Assembly (NCBI GenBank): GCA_016789225.1 | Contig: JAEURI010000002.1 | Span: 5,062-69,061 of the forward strand | Length of the DNA: 64,000 nucleotides | Direction: 5' to 3' | Source: Anaerolineales bacterium | Lineage (GTDB): Bacteria > Chloroflexota > Anaerolineae > Anaerolineales > Villigracilaceae | In this document: piece by piece, positions 27,967-37,618 of the stretch | Numbering within the stretch: the stretch's first letter is position 1 | Layout: each line of letters opens with the position of its first letter | The notes under the pieces: generated by a model | Database searches by the model: none | The model's input: the letters and a program-made list of their open reading frames with translations, nothing else | What the model was told of the DNA's origin: nothing | Program-made: the position numbers and the translations under genes

Positions 27967-29457
27967 TTATTGAACCGAAATGTTGAAGTAATTATAAACG
28001 GCCTTGGTCAGGTCAACGAAAAGGGGATTGGTGATATCCCAGATGTTCTGAACTGGGTGGTAGGTGTATATGGATAGAACGAAATCCCCGCCGGGCGAAT
28101 AGACAATGCCGACATCGCTTGTGTCGTGCATGATGCCATCTCTGGAAAGAACATATCCGTGTTTGTGAGGGACGAGCGTTCCATCGGGTACGCCGCCTTG
28201 AATTAGCGATCCCAATTTATCCTGGGCCATGAAGTCGATGAGCAATTGGCAGGTGGCCGGGGAGATCTTATCTGGAAAGGCAGCCACAAGCGCTCCGCCG
28301 CTGTTCTTCGCGCATTGGTAAATATCTGCCAGAAGAATGCCCATTTCAGCAGGTGTGGTTTGTGAATAGGGATCGGGGTCGGAGAATACATCGGGTCGCG
28401 AATTACCAGGCGTGATTCGGCCAGGCAGTAAATTCGGCGCGCCGAGGAAGAACATACCGCCGAGGAAGGTACTGTTCAAACCGAGCGCTTCCATGTTTTG
28501 CGTCACAATGATCGGGCCGTTGGTGGTATCGATGCGTTCGAGCACCAGGTCTGTGGCGGAGTTGTCCGATTTGCCGAGTACACGGGAAATGATATCGGCA
28601 GTTGTGGTATCGAGATTGCTGCCACGATTGATAAGGTAAGACGCAACAATGGGAACCTTGATGGTGCTGGAGGCCGTGAAGGCAATATCTGGCTCTGTGC
28701 TGATCTCCTGTTTGTTGTTGATCGCAAAATGGATCTCCTGCCCGGTTTGCAGGTCCATCATATAAAAGCCGATCAGGCCGTCGAAATTGGAGGTGAGGAC
28801 GATCTGCTTAAGCAGGATCTCCAGATTTTCAATCGTAGGTCTGGCGGCCGTGGTCTGGTTGAAGGTAAGAGTCACGGAACGATTGCTTGGGGAGCGCAGG
28901 GCATTGGTGAGGATGAGAACTGCCCGGTCCAGATCGAGAGTCTGTCCGGGTGCGCCGGGCAGGAAGGAGGTCCCGCCGGGGATCGGCTGGGCAGGAGCAG
29001 GCGGCTGATCGTAGCGCGAGGCAATCTCATTCCCTAAAAATTCCCGCAGGCGTTCCTCTGACACTGTAGCACTTAGGGGAATTTGAGATTCAGGTGGGGT
29101 ACGGTTCCAAAGAAAATCCCAAAAGCCGCCCCAGAAAGAACCGCCAGTGCGGGTGAGATCCGCGGCGGCGAGCATGGTCTCAATATCCACCTGAAAACCA
29201 ACGGCGCCCGGGTCGATGTGAAAGACTGCGCCATTATATTCCGCTTCAATGGGAGAGGTATACACTTCAAGCAGGCGTTGAGATGCTTCTGCCGGGGAGA
29301 GGCCATCCACGGGCACGCCACCGATCGTCATACCGGCCGGGTAGCTATTTCGTTGTCGGCTGAAGGTAATCAGGGATACGACGGTTAGAATGAATGCGCC
29401 CAATAAAAAAAGGATGGAAACACCCCGAAGAATGGTGTTCGTATTGCGGTTTCTCAC
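27967..29457 (-). CDS. Membrane-anchored class A beta-lactamase-like serine hydrolase with PG_binding_4-like N-terminal region
   Basis: SxxK (ASSTIK), SDN, HKHG motifs; IGGVPVDGLS..EA N-terminal region. Confidence 0.8.
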   Translation of the reverse strand: MRNRNTNTILRGVSILFLLGAFILTVVSLITFSRQRNSYPAGMTIGGVPVDGLSPAEASQRLLEVYTSPIEAEYNGAVFHIDPGAVGFQVDIETMLAAADLTRTGGSFWGGFWDFLWNRTPPESQIPLSATVSEERLREFLGNEIASRYDQPPAPAQPIPGGTSFLPGAPGQTLDLDRAVLILTNALRSPSNRSVTLTFNQTTAARPTIENLEILLKQIVLTSNFDGLIGFYMMDLQTGQEIHFAINNKQEISTEPDIAFTASSTIKVPIVASYLINRGSNLDTTTADIISRVLGKSDNSATDLVLERIDTTNGPIIVTQNMEALGLNSTFLGGMFFLGAPNLLPGRITPGNSRPDVFSDPDPYSQTTPAEMGILLADIYQCAKNSGGALVAAFPDKISPATCQLLIDFMAQDKLGSLIQGGVPDGTLVPHKHGYVLSRDGIMHDTSDVGIVYSPGGDFVLSIYTYHPVQNIWDITNPLFVDLTKAVYNYFNISVQ

Positions 29458-29487
29458 TCAACCTCCAAATTCAGGATACGGAATGCT

Positions 29488-29508
29488 TTTGTCATGTTGT
29501 ATGACAAA
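29488..29508. promoter_or_regulatory. Palindromic operator candidate in a divergent intergenic region
   Basis: TTTGTCAT-GTTGT-ATGACAAA perfect 8-bp inverted repeat. Confidence 0.45.
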
Positions 29509-29592
29509 TATCACGGAAAAAGTATAACACACCGAAAAAGGGAGCCTGTGCTAGAATATATTGTCCATTGAGACACATTCCGCCTTCAAAGG

Positions 29593-30558
29593 ATGGATAT
29601 GCTTCGTTCATTCCTCATCTACCTTTCCAAAGCCGCCTGGGCGCAGAAATTGATCACAAGTTGGGGATTCGCCTGGCGCACTGCATCCCGTTTCGTCGCA
29701 GGGACAACCCTGGCAGACGCCCTGCGCGCGGTGCGTGAATTGAATGCAAAAGGGATCAACGCCACGCTCGACCATCTCGGAGAACATACCAGTACACCCG
29801 AAGAAGCTCAACAGGCCGCCGATGATATCTTTGCGACTCTGGATGCGATTGGAGCCGAGCCGGGCTTGCGCGCCAATATCTCCATCAAGTTGACACAGAT
29901 CGGTCTGGGCCTCGACGAGAGCCTGTGTGCCGAGACCCTGGAGCGGATCCTCGCCCGGGCCAAAAGTGCAAAGACCTTCCTGCGTGTGGATATGGAAGAT
30001 ACTCCCTATACCGACAAAACCATCAACCTGCATTACGCCATGCGCGAAAAGGGCTATGAGAATCACGGCATGGTTATTCAAGCCTATCTCTTCCGCACTG
30101 AAGCGGATGTGCGACGCATGGTGCAAGATGGAGTGCGCATCCGTAACGTCAAAGGGGCATATAACGAACCGCCAGACAAGGCCTTCCCCAAAAAAGCGGA
30201 CGTGGATGCAAATTTCGACCTCATCACTAAGATTCTGCTGGATGCCGCCCTTGCACAGGAATCCACTCTCAGCGAAGACGGGCGCATTCCGCCCATCCCT
30301 GCCATTGCCACACATGACGATAAGCGCATTGCCTTTGCCAAAAGCTATGCTGAAAAGATCGGCCTGCCCAAAAGCGGACTTGAATTTCAGATGCTCTACG
30401 GCATTCGGCGTGATTTGCAGGAATCATTGGCAAAGGATGGTTACCCGGTGCGCGTTTATGTCCCCTTCGGGACGCATTGGTATCCCTACTTCATGCGCCG
30501 ACTTGCAGAGCGGCCTGCGAATATCTGGTTCTTTATTTCGAATCTGTTCAGAGGCTAA
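29593..30558 (+). CDS. Monofunctional proline dehydrogenase
   Basis: RFVAG, TLDHLGE, SIKLTQIGL, RVDME, QAYL.R, VKGAY.EP, IATHD, EFQMLYGIR, YFMRRLAERPAN. Confidence 0.93.
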   Translation: MDMLRSFLIYLSKAAWAQKLITSWGFAWRTASRFVAGTTLADALRAVRELNAKGINATLDHLGEHTSTPEEAQQAADDIFATLDAIGAEPGLRANISIKLTQIGLGLDESLCAETLERILARAKSAKTFLRVDMEDTPYTDKTINLHYAMREKGYENHGMVIQAYLFRTEADVRRMVQDGVRIRNVKGAYNEPPDKAFPKKADVDANFDLITKILLDAALAQESTLSEDGRIPPIPAIATHDDKRIAFAKSYAEKIGLPKSGLEFQMLYGIRRDLQESLAKDGYPVRVYVPFGTHWYPYFMRRLAERPANIWFFISNLFRG

Positions 30559-30594
30559 GGGCTTGTACTGACGGGTATTAAATTCTTTGTTGAA

Positions 30595-30630
30595 AAAACA
30601 CCCTGGTTTTTGGGATGCCAGGGTGTTTTC
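30595..30630. terminator. Bidirectional intrinsic terminator
   Basis: AAAACACCCTGG...CCAGGGTGTTTT between convergent genes. Confidence 0.75.
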
Positions 30631-30640
30631 ATTTCTCCAT

Positions 30641-31579
30641 TCAGCTTTTTGATTGCATTACGATATAGGCGATCAGCCCGATGACGGTCAAGGCGATGCC
30701 TGTGATTCCCAACAAGCCGGGCAGGGCTCCGTTGAGCAATAAAATTTCACCTGCAAGTGAAAAGACTACTTCCATGGATTGGGTCGCATCCACAGCGGCG
30801 ATCTCGTAGGCATGTTTGCTTAGGTGTCGTGCGTACAGGAATAAAGTAGTTGCGACCACGCCGGAGAGTAGGGCGACTAACGCAGTGCTGAGCAACTGTC
30901 CCGAAGAGGGAGGCAGGGGATTTGTCACGAAGAGCAGAATGATCCAGAAAGGAATCGAGCCGAGAGTCAGAAGCAGCACCCGGGCGAATCCATTTTCCAA
31001 GATGGGATGTTGAATGTGCGGGATGCGTTTTCGCTCGCCGAGGCGCGCCTCCCAAACGAGTTGATTGCCGATGGGGTAGGCAATGGCAGCGAGGAGAACG
31101 GGCGCAGCGCTGAGCAAAACTGTCTGGAGGCTGGTGGCCGTGGCTTGTTCGATGTTGACGAGGACGATGCCTGCAAAGATCAGGATGGTAAGTAGAATAC
31201 CCTTGACGGGCACTCGCCTGCCGAAGAGCATCAACACGATGGGTGTGGCGAGGATGGTGGTCTGCCATGTGGTGGCTATGACCCAGCCTGCCGCATAGGT
31301 GGCGCTAAAAGTAATAGCTGCATAAAAGATGCCAAAACCGACCCCGCCTGCAAGCACCCAGAATACAATGTGTTGACGAAAGACTTCCCAAACTTGCGTG
31401 AGCGCTTTCCATCCCTGCGTGACTAAAAGCAGGAACACCAGAAAAACAATCATGTAGCCAAAACGCAGGCTGGAGGTCCATGCCCAATGCCCGCCTGCCA
31501 GGCTCATACCACGATTAAGGACGAATGTACTGCTGAAGAATAATGAGGCGAGGACGCCGATGGCGATGAGACGAGACAA
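30641..31579 (-). CDS. DMT-superfamily transporter (YjlA-like multidrug efflux family)
   Basis: FFSSTFVLNR.M...GGHW.W..SLR, GFGIFY, AYPIGN, SGVVAT.LF, AVDATQS.EV. Confidence 0.8.
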   Translation of the reverse strand: MSRLIAIGVLASLFFSSTFVLNRGMSLAGGHWAWTSSLRFGYMIVFLVFLLLVTQGWKALTQVWEVFRQHIVFWVLAGGVGFGIFYAAITFSATYAAGWVIATTWQTTILATPIVLMLFGRRVPVKGILLTILIFAGIVLVNIEQATATSLQTVLLSAAPVLLAAIAYPIGNQLVWEARLGERKRIPHIQHPILENGFARVLLLTLGSIPFWIILLFVTNPLPPSSGQLLSTALVALLSGVVATTLFLYARHLSKHAYEIAAVDATQSMEVVFSLAGEILLLNGALPGLLGITGIALTVIGLIAYIVMQSKS

Positions 31580-31697
31580 GAGAGACTCCTAAAGATGCGT
31601 TGTACAACTACTTATAGAGATGCAATGTCGTGCGATTATAGCCGTGACTTGAAAGAAAGTAGTAAGTGGCTCTCGCTTGATAGGGCTGCTTCTTGGG

Positions 31698-32867
31698 TTA
31701 CTTACTCAATAGATCTTTATAAGTTTTCTCGTACACTTGCTGATGCGCGGGAGAGAGTCCGGCGATGGACAAGGTCAACCCGGCGGCTGACCGTTCGACG
31801 TTAAATTGAGAGGCGGGCATCAGCATGGCTTGGATTTCGATGTAACCATCGATGGCATCTGCCATCTCTTGTGTATCGGGCACGGTCACGCTGAAGTGCG
31901 CGCCGTCCAGGTGAGCAGATAAGGCAGCATCGTGAATCGACTTGCCAAATTGTTCGAGGCGGAAAAACATGCTGTCGTCATGACCTGCAATATTCTCCAG
32001 AAAAGGAAAATCCTCCGGGCGGATGGATAACTTCGCGATCGGCTTTACCGGTTGCTGGCTTGTCCATTCATTCGAAAAGCTTTCAGGGGTAAGGCGCTGG
32101 CGTTCAAAGGCGCCGCGCGGGAGAAAATAGAGCGCGCCTTCGATCCATGGCTTTTCCGGGAGTTGGTCGGCGGAGATCGAAAAATTATAGACCGCCAGTT
32201 GTTCACCCTGTTGATTATGAAAGTACATGACCCCGTTGCGAATGGTGCCTTTTAATTGTGTGCGATTTACCACAGAAAAGAACATCGACCAAAACGCGTC
32301 GTGGGTACCGTAAACAGCCTGCAAATTGCCGCTGCCTGCCTTATCGTACAGTTCAACCGAAGTGCGGACTGGCTCAAAAGTTTCGATCTCGCGGTTGTTG
32401 GAGCCGTGAAAGATAAGAATATCTTTGTCCATCACATATTGAACGAATTCATGTTTTGGATAGGGCAGTTCATATTCGACCCAGGTCCCGTTCGGGTTGG
32501 CAAGAATGGCATCCAACAGCCCTTGAAATGCTGAAAGTTTTTCTGGAGTTGGGATAAATTCCGGCGCGAGCAGAACGCCGCTCAAAGGAAGTGACTTTGC
32601 CTTTTCTGTTGGAACTTTTGTGAAATCAAAATTTCCCACCTTCAATACCGTCACTTCGCCGTCTTCATTTTTTATAAATTGAACCGAGGAACCATCCGCC
32701 GGTCCGCCCTTCATTCGAAATGCATGTTCCTCTCCGAGAGATTCCAGTTGAATTTCATACCCAGCCGGGACGCCCGGCATCGCCGCAACAAGCCTTCCGT
32801 CCATTTCCTGCACATCGAGCATCATACCCATCATGTAGTAGGAGCCAAAGTAGTTGGAATTTTTCAT
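31698..32867 (-). CDS. Hypothetical protein with a central Arr-like ADP-ribosyltransferase-fold candidate domain
   Basis: LIFHGS...FEP, VYGT...W.MFF, GALY.LP...FE, NEW.S..PVKP motif series. Confidence 0.55.
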   Translation of the reverse strand: MKNSNYFGSYYMMGMMLDVQEMDGRLVAAMPGVPAGYEIQLESLGEEHAFRMKGGPADGSSVQFIKNEDGEVTVLKVGNFDFTKVPTEKAKSLPLSGVLLAPEFIPTPEKLSAFQGLLDAILANPNGTWVEYELPYPKHEFVQYVMDKDILIFHGSNNREIETFEPVRTSVELYDKAGSGNLQAVYGTHDAFWSMFFSVVNRTQLKGTIRNGVMYFHNQQGEQLAVYNFSISADQLPEKPWIEGALYFLPRGAFERQRLTPESFSNEWTSQQPVKPIAKLSIRPEDFPFLENIAGHDDSMFFRLEQFGKSIHDAALSAHLDGAHFSVTVPDTQEMADAIDGYIEIQAMLMPASQFNVERSAAGLTLSIAGLSPAHQQVYEKTYKDLLSK

Positions 32868-32948
32868 AACCGTAATTCTCCTCTTCGATTATTAAAAAAG
32901 ATTATGAGATAGGCACGATAAGAAATTCATCTCCCTTGCAAATTGATT

Positions 32949-33251
32949 TTACTCTGGAAACAAAACCGACCAACTGACTTCATTCCCTGCCAGCAGACCC
33001 AACCCGCCTCGTGACGGTCTTTGGCAGGGTTCTGCCTCGAAGAACCTTGCCAACGCTGAGGCCGACGGCGAGAAATATGCAATGACCTCACAATGCAGTC
33101 GACCTTCCGATTCGTGCCGCGTGAAGACTGCCATATCTGCAGGTTCGCCCGCAGATTTGTACACCGCCTGAAACGCCGCGCGGATTTCCTCGGATGGTTC
33201 CGCCGCCATCATACCGTCACCGAGAGGGAGGGAATGCCAAATGTTTGTCAT
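32949..33251 (-). CDS. Hypothetical protein (100 aa)
   Basis: Coherent ORF: LGDGMMA...MAVFTRHESEGRLHCEV.AYFSP...PC.RP...LGLLAG. Confidence 0.65.
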   Translation of the reverse strand: MTNIWHSLPLGDGMMAAEPSEEIRAAFQAVYKSAGEPADMAVFTRHESEGRLHCEVIAYFSPSASALARFFEAEPCQRPSRGGLGLLAGNEVSWSVLFPE

Positions 33252-33327
33252 ATCGAAATCTGAGATTATTGATTAAGGCGAATGAGATAAAATTCAGCAA
33301 GTCCATTATACTCTTCGCATAATTCCT

Positions 33328-34050
33328 ATGACCACACCCGCCCTCGCCCTCATAACCGGTTCCGCGCACCGACTCGGCAAAGCCTTTGCCTTGTCCCTTG
33401 CCCGCATGGGCTATGCCATTGCACTGCATCATCGCGGCTCGGTGATGGAAGCCGAGCGCACCGCCGAAGAGATTCGCGCCCTCGGCGTGGACTGCCTGCC
33501 CATCCGCGCAGACTTGACCGTGCCGGAAAAAATTGATTTTCTATTCTCGCTGGTCGATGAAATCAAAGCGCCGTTGAAGATCGTGGTTAACTCGGCGGCG
33601 ATCATGCCCGTAGGTAAGGCGCGCGAGTTGGAATTAAAAGATTGGGACTCCGCGCTCGACCTAAACTTGCGTGCGCCCTTTCTGATTGCCCAACATGCCG
33701 CCAAACGCATGAACGATGGCGGGCTGATCGTCAACATCTCTGATATTGGCGCACAAAAAGCCTGGAGCCGTTATCCCTCTTACACGGTTAGTAAAGCCGG
33801 GTTGGATTCACTGACCAAAATGCTGGCGCGCGCCTTGGCACCGTCCATTCGCGTCAACGCGATTGCTCCGGGCCTTATCCTGCCGTCAGACGTGGTCACG
33901 GAAGAACAGTGGCAACGTCTTGTCGAAAGACTTCCGCTTAAACGCGCCGCCAAACTTGAAGAACTTACAACCACTCTCGAATTTCTCATCAAAAACGAGT
34001 ATATTACGGGGCAGACCATTGTTGTTGATGGCGGTTATTCTTTGATATGA
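33328..34050 (+). CDS. SDR oxidoreductase, FolM/pteridine-reductase-like
   Basis: TGSAHRLG, IVNISD, YTVSK, LAP.IRVNAIAPG, ITGQTIVVDGG. Confidence 0.8.
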   Translation: MTTPALALITGSAHRLGKAFALSLARMGYAIALHHRGSVMEAERTAEEIRALGVDCLPIRADLTVPEKIDFLFSLVDEIKAPLKIVVNSAAIMPVGKARELELKDWDSALDLNLRAPFLIAQHAAKRMNDGGLIVNISDIGAQKAWSRYPSYTVSKAGLDSLTKMLARALAPSIRVNAIAPGLILPSDVVTEEQWQRLVERLPLKRAAKLEELTTTLEFLIKNEYITGQTIVVDGGYSLI

Positions 34051-34109
34051 AAGTGACGAGTAAGGCTCATAGCTCGTACCTTATTACTCATTCCTCATTT
34101 TTCTCACTC

Positions 34110-35738
34110 ATGACCTCTAAAAAACTCCTCCCCGACATTCTCATCTCATTCCTCTTACTTCTTTCAACCCTCTATTACGCTTTCAACTTCATAGACTTTT
34201 CCATTCCACCTTTTGAAGATGCAGCCATGATCATGCGTTATGCTCAACATATGGCGGGTGGGCATGGCATTGTTTGGAATATCGGTGAAGCCCCTGTTGA
34301 CGGCGCAACCGATTTCTTATTTATGGTGGCATCTGCCGGGTTCATCAAACTTGGCTTCACAGTGGGGCAATCGGTGCGCGGCATTGGTTTTGCATCGCAC
34401 TTGCTGACCGTCCTTATTATCTACTGGACCAATCGACGCATCCATAACGGTAATATTCTTTTCTCTTTTTTAAGCGGACTTTATCTTGCCGTTGGAACGG
34501 GACTCTCCTACGTATCCGCTTACTTCGGGACGCCTTTCTTTGCCCTCGCCGCCGCTTCCACCTGGAGCCTGGGCTTGCTCCTGATGAAAGAAGAGAATCC
34601 ACGCTGGTGGCTTTCGCTCGCCTTCGCCCTCAGCGGACTCGTCACCGGGCTCATCCGTCCTGAAGGCGTCATCCTTGCTTCATTGATGCTGCTTGCCATC
34701 ATCCTCATGCGCGGAGTGAAGCAATCCGTTTCCATAATCGTTATTTTCGGTTTGGTCTTTTTATTATTAGGCGGGGCATACTTTTTATGGCGCTGGGATT
34801 ATTTCCAATATCCGCTTCCCAATCCGTTTTACAAGAAAGGTGAAGGCGGCTGGAGTTGGGATACGGCGAATAAATCCATGTTGAATGCCTTGCGTTTGTG
34901 TTTGCCAATGATCTTTGCATTCATCCTCGGCTTTCGCTCTAATGACACTCTTAAGCGGACGATTGCATATCTCATTCCCATCCTTGGGTTTGCGGCGGCG
35001 TTTGGTTTAGTCTCAGACGAGATGAATTATGGTGCGCGTTTTCAATATGCGATTGTGCCGATTGCACTCATGTCATGGATTCCGCTGGTTGGGAATCTAA
35101 AATTTGAAGCGCTGAATCAACTTTCAGTTAAAGAAAGAAGCGCGTATCTGGTTGCGGGAGTCGCGCTGTTTGCGAGTCTGGTCTATTACTCGTGGTTCCA
35201 AAATTGCTTCCTCGCTTTGTATCAACAATCTTGTGACCGACCCTATGAACGTGATGGTCGCCTGGAAATGGCGCAGATGCTGGCGGATTATCGCGGCAAG
35301 GGCTATGTGATGGCAGTGACCGAGGCGGGCTTGTTGCCGTATTATTCTGGTTGGGATGCGATCGATACCTGGGGCTTGAATGACCAATTCATTGCGCACA
35401 ATGGTCAGATCACGGTGGAGTATTTGGATAAATACAAGCCTGAGATTATCATGTTCCATGATTATTATTCGCCGCTCGTGCCGCCCAAGTTGACCGAAGC
35501 CAACCTTGCGCAGCGTTGGTTCAGTATGACGATCTTGTTGAAGACCTATGCAGAAAATAATGGATACGTGCTTGCTGCTGTGTTTGGGGATAGCCCGTAT
35601 GATACACATTATTTTTATGTGCGCACAGATTTTGAAGACAGCGAACATCTGATCGAACGCATCTCTGGATTCCGCGATTATTTTTATCCGACGACCGGCA
35701 AACGTTCGATCAATTATGCGGGTTTTCCCGAGCCGTAA
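34110..35738 (+). CDS. Polytopic membrane glycosyltransferase-like protein (GT-C, AftB-like)
   Basis: EDAAMIMRYA.H...G.G.VWN.GE..VDG.T, L.RPEG, LWRWDYF..PLPNPFY.K, AG.LPY...IDTWGLND. Confidence 0.7.
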   Translation: MTSKKLLPDILISFLLLLSTLYYAFNFIDFSIPPFEDAAMIMRYAQHMAGGHGIVWNIGEAPVDGATDFLFMVASAGFIKLGFTVGQSVRGIGFASHLLTVLIIYWTNRRIHNGNILFSFLSGLYLAVGTGLSYVSAYFGTPFFALAAASTWSLGLLLMKEENPRWWLSLAFALSGLVTGLIRPEGVILASLMLLAIILMRGVKQSVSIIVIFGLVFLLLGGAYFLWRWDYFQYPLPNPFYKKGEGGWSWDTANKSMLNALRLCLPMIFAFILGFRSNDTLKRTIAYLIPILGFAAAFGLVSDEMNYGARFQYAIVPIALMSWIPLVGNLKFEALNQLSVKERSAYLVAGVALFASLVYYSWFQNCFLALYQQSCDRPYERDGRLEMAQMLADYRGKGYVMAVTEAGLLPYYSGWDAIDTWGLNDQFIAHNGQITVEYLDKYKPEIIMFHDYYSPLVPPKLTEANLAQRWFSMTILLKTYAENNGYVLAAVFGDSPYDTHYFYVRTDFEDSEHLIERISGFRDYFYPTTGKRSINYAGFPEP

Positions 35739-35744
35739 CTATTG

Positions 35745-35814
35745 AACCGCGAAGAGTGCTAAGGTCACCAAGATAAAGTAGATTTTCTTGGCGTTCTTCG
35801 TGAGCATAGCGGTT
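35745..35814. repeat. Imperfect palindromic element built from 9-bp units
   Basis: AACCGCGAAGAGTGCTAAGGTCACCAAG...CTTGGCGTTCTTCGTGAGCATAGCGGTT. Confidence 0.55.
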
Positions 35815-35835
35815 AATCATTTTGAGGAGAAGATC

Positions 35836-36306
35836 ATGACTGAGACTGCTGAACTTGCTGAGAAGCTTAAAACCGAAGGCGAACGCATGCTTGCGTTTTT
35901 CGCTCAACTGACCGATGACCAGTGGGTGGGGGAAGTTTATACCGAAGGTGAAACATGGACGATCCGTAATGTGCTTGCGCATTACGTCACCTCGGAGCGT
36001 GGATTGGTGCGACTCTTCGAGCGCATCCGCACCACAGGCGAAGGCGCGGCAGACGATTTCTCGATTGACCGTTACAACACTGCCCAGCAAGAAAAGACCA
36101 AAGACCTGACGCCTGCTGAATTGCTGGAGCAATATAAACAAGTCCGTGCTGAGTCCGTGCAGTGGGTCAGCAGCTTGAAGGATGAAGAACTGGATATTAA
36201 GGGACGTCATCCCTTTCTTGGCGAGACAGTTATTCGCGAGATGGTGAAGATGCTGTATCTGCACAATCAATTGCATTATCGTGATGTGAAGCGGGCTTTG
36301 AAATAA
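35836..36306 (+). CDS. DinB/MDMPI family protein
   Basis: WTIRNVLAH, GRHPFLG, H.Q.H metal ligands; GAGGAG RBS. Confidence 0.85.
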   Translation: MTETAELAEKLKTEGERMLAFFAQLTDDQWVGEVYTEGETWTIRNVLAHYVTSERGLVRLFERIRTTGEGAADDFSIDRYNTAQQEKTKDLTPAELLEQYKQVRAESVQWVSSLKDEELDIKGRHPFLGETVIREMVKMLYLHNQLHYRDVKRALK

Positions 36307-36308
36307 CA

Positions 36309-36392
36309 TATCATCCTGAGCGATAGCGAAGGATCTCTACGACCAAATTGAGAAGCCCCTCGGTCACGAAGAACGCTCCCCAGAGTGCCACA
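36309..36392. repeat. GTCAT-CTGAGC palindromic intergenic repeat, copy 1 (degenerate right arm)
   Basis: TCATCCTGAGCGATAGCGAAGGATCTCTACGA... matches copies at 55551 and 63083. Confidence 0.7.
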
Positions 36393-36444
36393 ACATCTTA
36401 AGGTGACTTGTATCCTTACTTTTTATTGAAAACCGGAACTGTCC

Positions 36445-37560
36445 ATGCAACTCTCTCCTTTCAAACTCGAACGCTTCTTTGCCAAATACGAATTCAACAC
36501 CGAATATCTGCTTTGTTCCTCAGACTGTGAATCCATGTCCATTGTGGAATTGCTTGCCCTTGAAGAAGATGCGACGGAACGCTTTCACAATCAATGGCTC
36601 GGTTATACCGAATCCCTGGGCAGCCCGTCTTTACGGAAAGAGATTGCGGGCATGTATTCCACGACTCAACCCGAGGATGTGCTGGTCTTCTCCGGTGCGA
36701 ACGAAGCGATCTGTCTTTTCATGATGGCGGCATTGAACAAGAATGATCATGTCATTGTGCATACGCCTCATTATCAATCCTTGAGTGAAGTAGCCAACGC
36801 GATTGGGTGTGAAACGTGTGCCTGGCAGGCGCGAGAAGAAAATGGCTGGTCATTAAACTTGGACGACCTGAAATCGTTGATTCAATTGAATACAAAAGCC
36901 ATTATTGTCAACCTGCCGCATAACCCCACAGGTTATCTCATGCCCCGCGCGGACTTTGATGCGCTTAACCGTTTTGCTCAGGAAAATAATCTCCTCCTGT
37001 TTTCCGATGAGGTCTATCGCGAATCTGAATATGACCCTGCGGACCGTCTTCCCGCCGCTGTGGACTATGGCTCTCATGCCGTCTCACTTGGCGTCACCTC
37101 AAAGACGTACGGCTTGGCAGGTCTGCGCATTGGCTGGCTTGCCACAAAGAACCGCGATTTATACAATAAGATCGCTTCGCTGAAAGACTACACCACCATC
37201 TGTAACTCTGCGCCGAGCGAATTCCTCGCCGAACTTGCGATACGGAATCGCACTAAACTTGCCGAACGAAATTTAAAAATTATCAAACACAACCTTACCA
37301 TTATCGACGACCTTTTCTCTCGTTACTCGTCCCTCTTCTCCTGGCATCGCCCCAAGGCAGGCTCCATGGGCTTCCCGAAACTCCTTGAAGGTGATGTCGA
37401 ATCTTTCTGCGACGACCTCGTCAAAAAAGCGGGCGTGCTCCTGCTCCCCGGCTCGATGTACGACGACACACGCAACCACTTCCGTTTGGGGTTGGGGCGC
37501 AAGAACCTGCCGCAAGCAGTGGAGCGTTTGGAACACTATATATCCAATCGTAAATCGTAA
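36445..37560 (+). CDS. PLP-dependent aminotransferase class I/II
   Basis: NLPHNPTG, LFSDEVYR, SKTYGLAGLRIGW, LLPGSMY..HFRLGLG. Confidence 0.9.
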   Translation: MQLSPFKLERFFAKYEFNTEYLLCSSDCESMSIVELLALEEDATERFHNQWLGYTESLGSPSLRKEIAGMYSTTQPEDVLVFSGANEAICLFMMAALNKNDHVIVHTPHYQSLSEVANAIGCETCAWQAREENGWSLNLDDLKSLIQLNTKAIIVNLPHNPTGYLMPRADFDALNRFAQENNLLLFSDEVYRESEYDPADRLPAAVDYGSHAVSLGVTSKTYGLAGLRIGWLATKNRDLYNKIASLKDYTTICNSAPSEFLAELAIRNRTKLAERNLKIIKHNLTIIDDLFSRYSSLFSWHRPKAGSMGFPKLLEGDVESFCDDLVKKAGVLLLPGSMYDDTRNHFRLGLGRKNLPQAVERLEHYISNRKS

Positions 37561-37618
37561 ATACCAAATCTGATTTATCTCTCATCTCCACTTTTAAATT
37601 ACCAGTTACCATTCCCCC

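Noticed and set aside
27967-29457. Antibiotic-resistance beta-lactamase
   Set aside because: Membrane anchor, peptidoglycan-binding-like N-terminus and HKHG motif point to a cell-wall serine hydrolase; resistance cannot be inferred.
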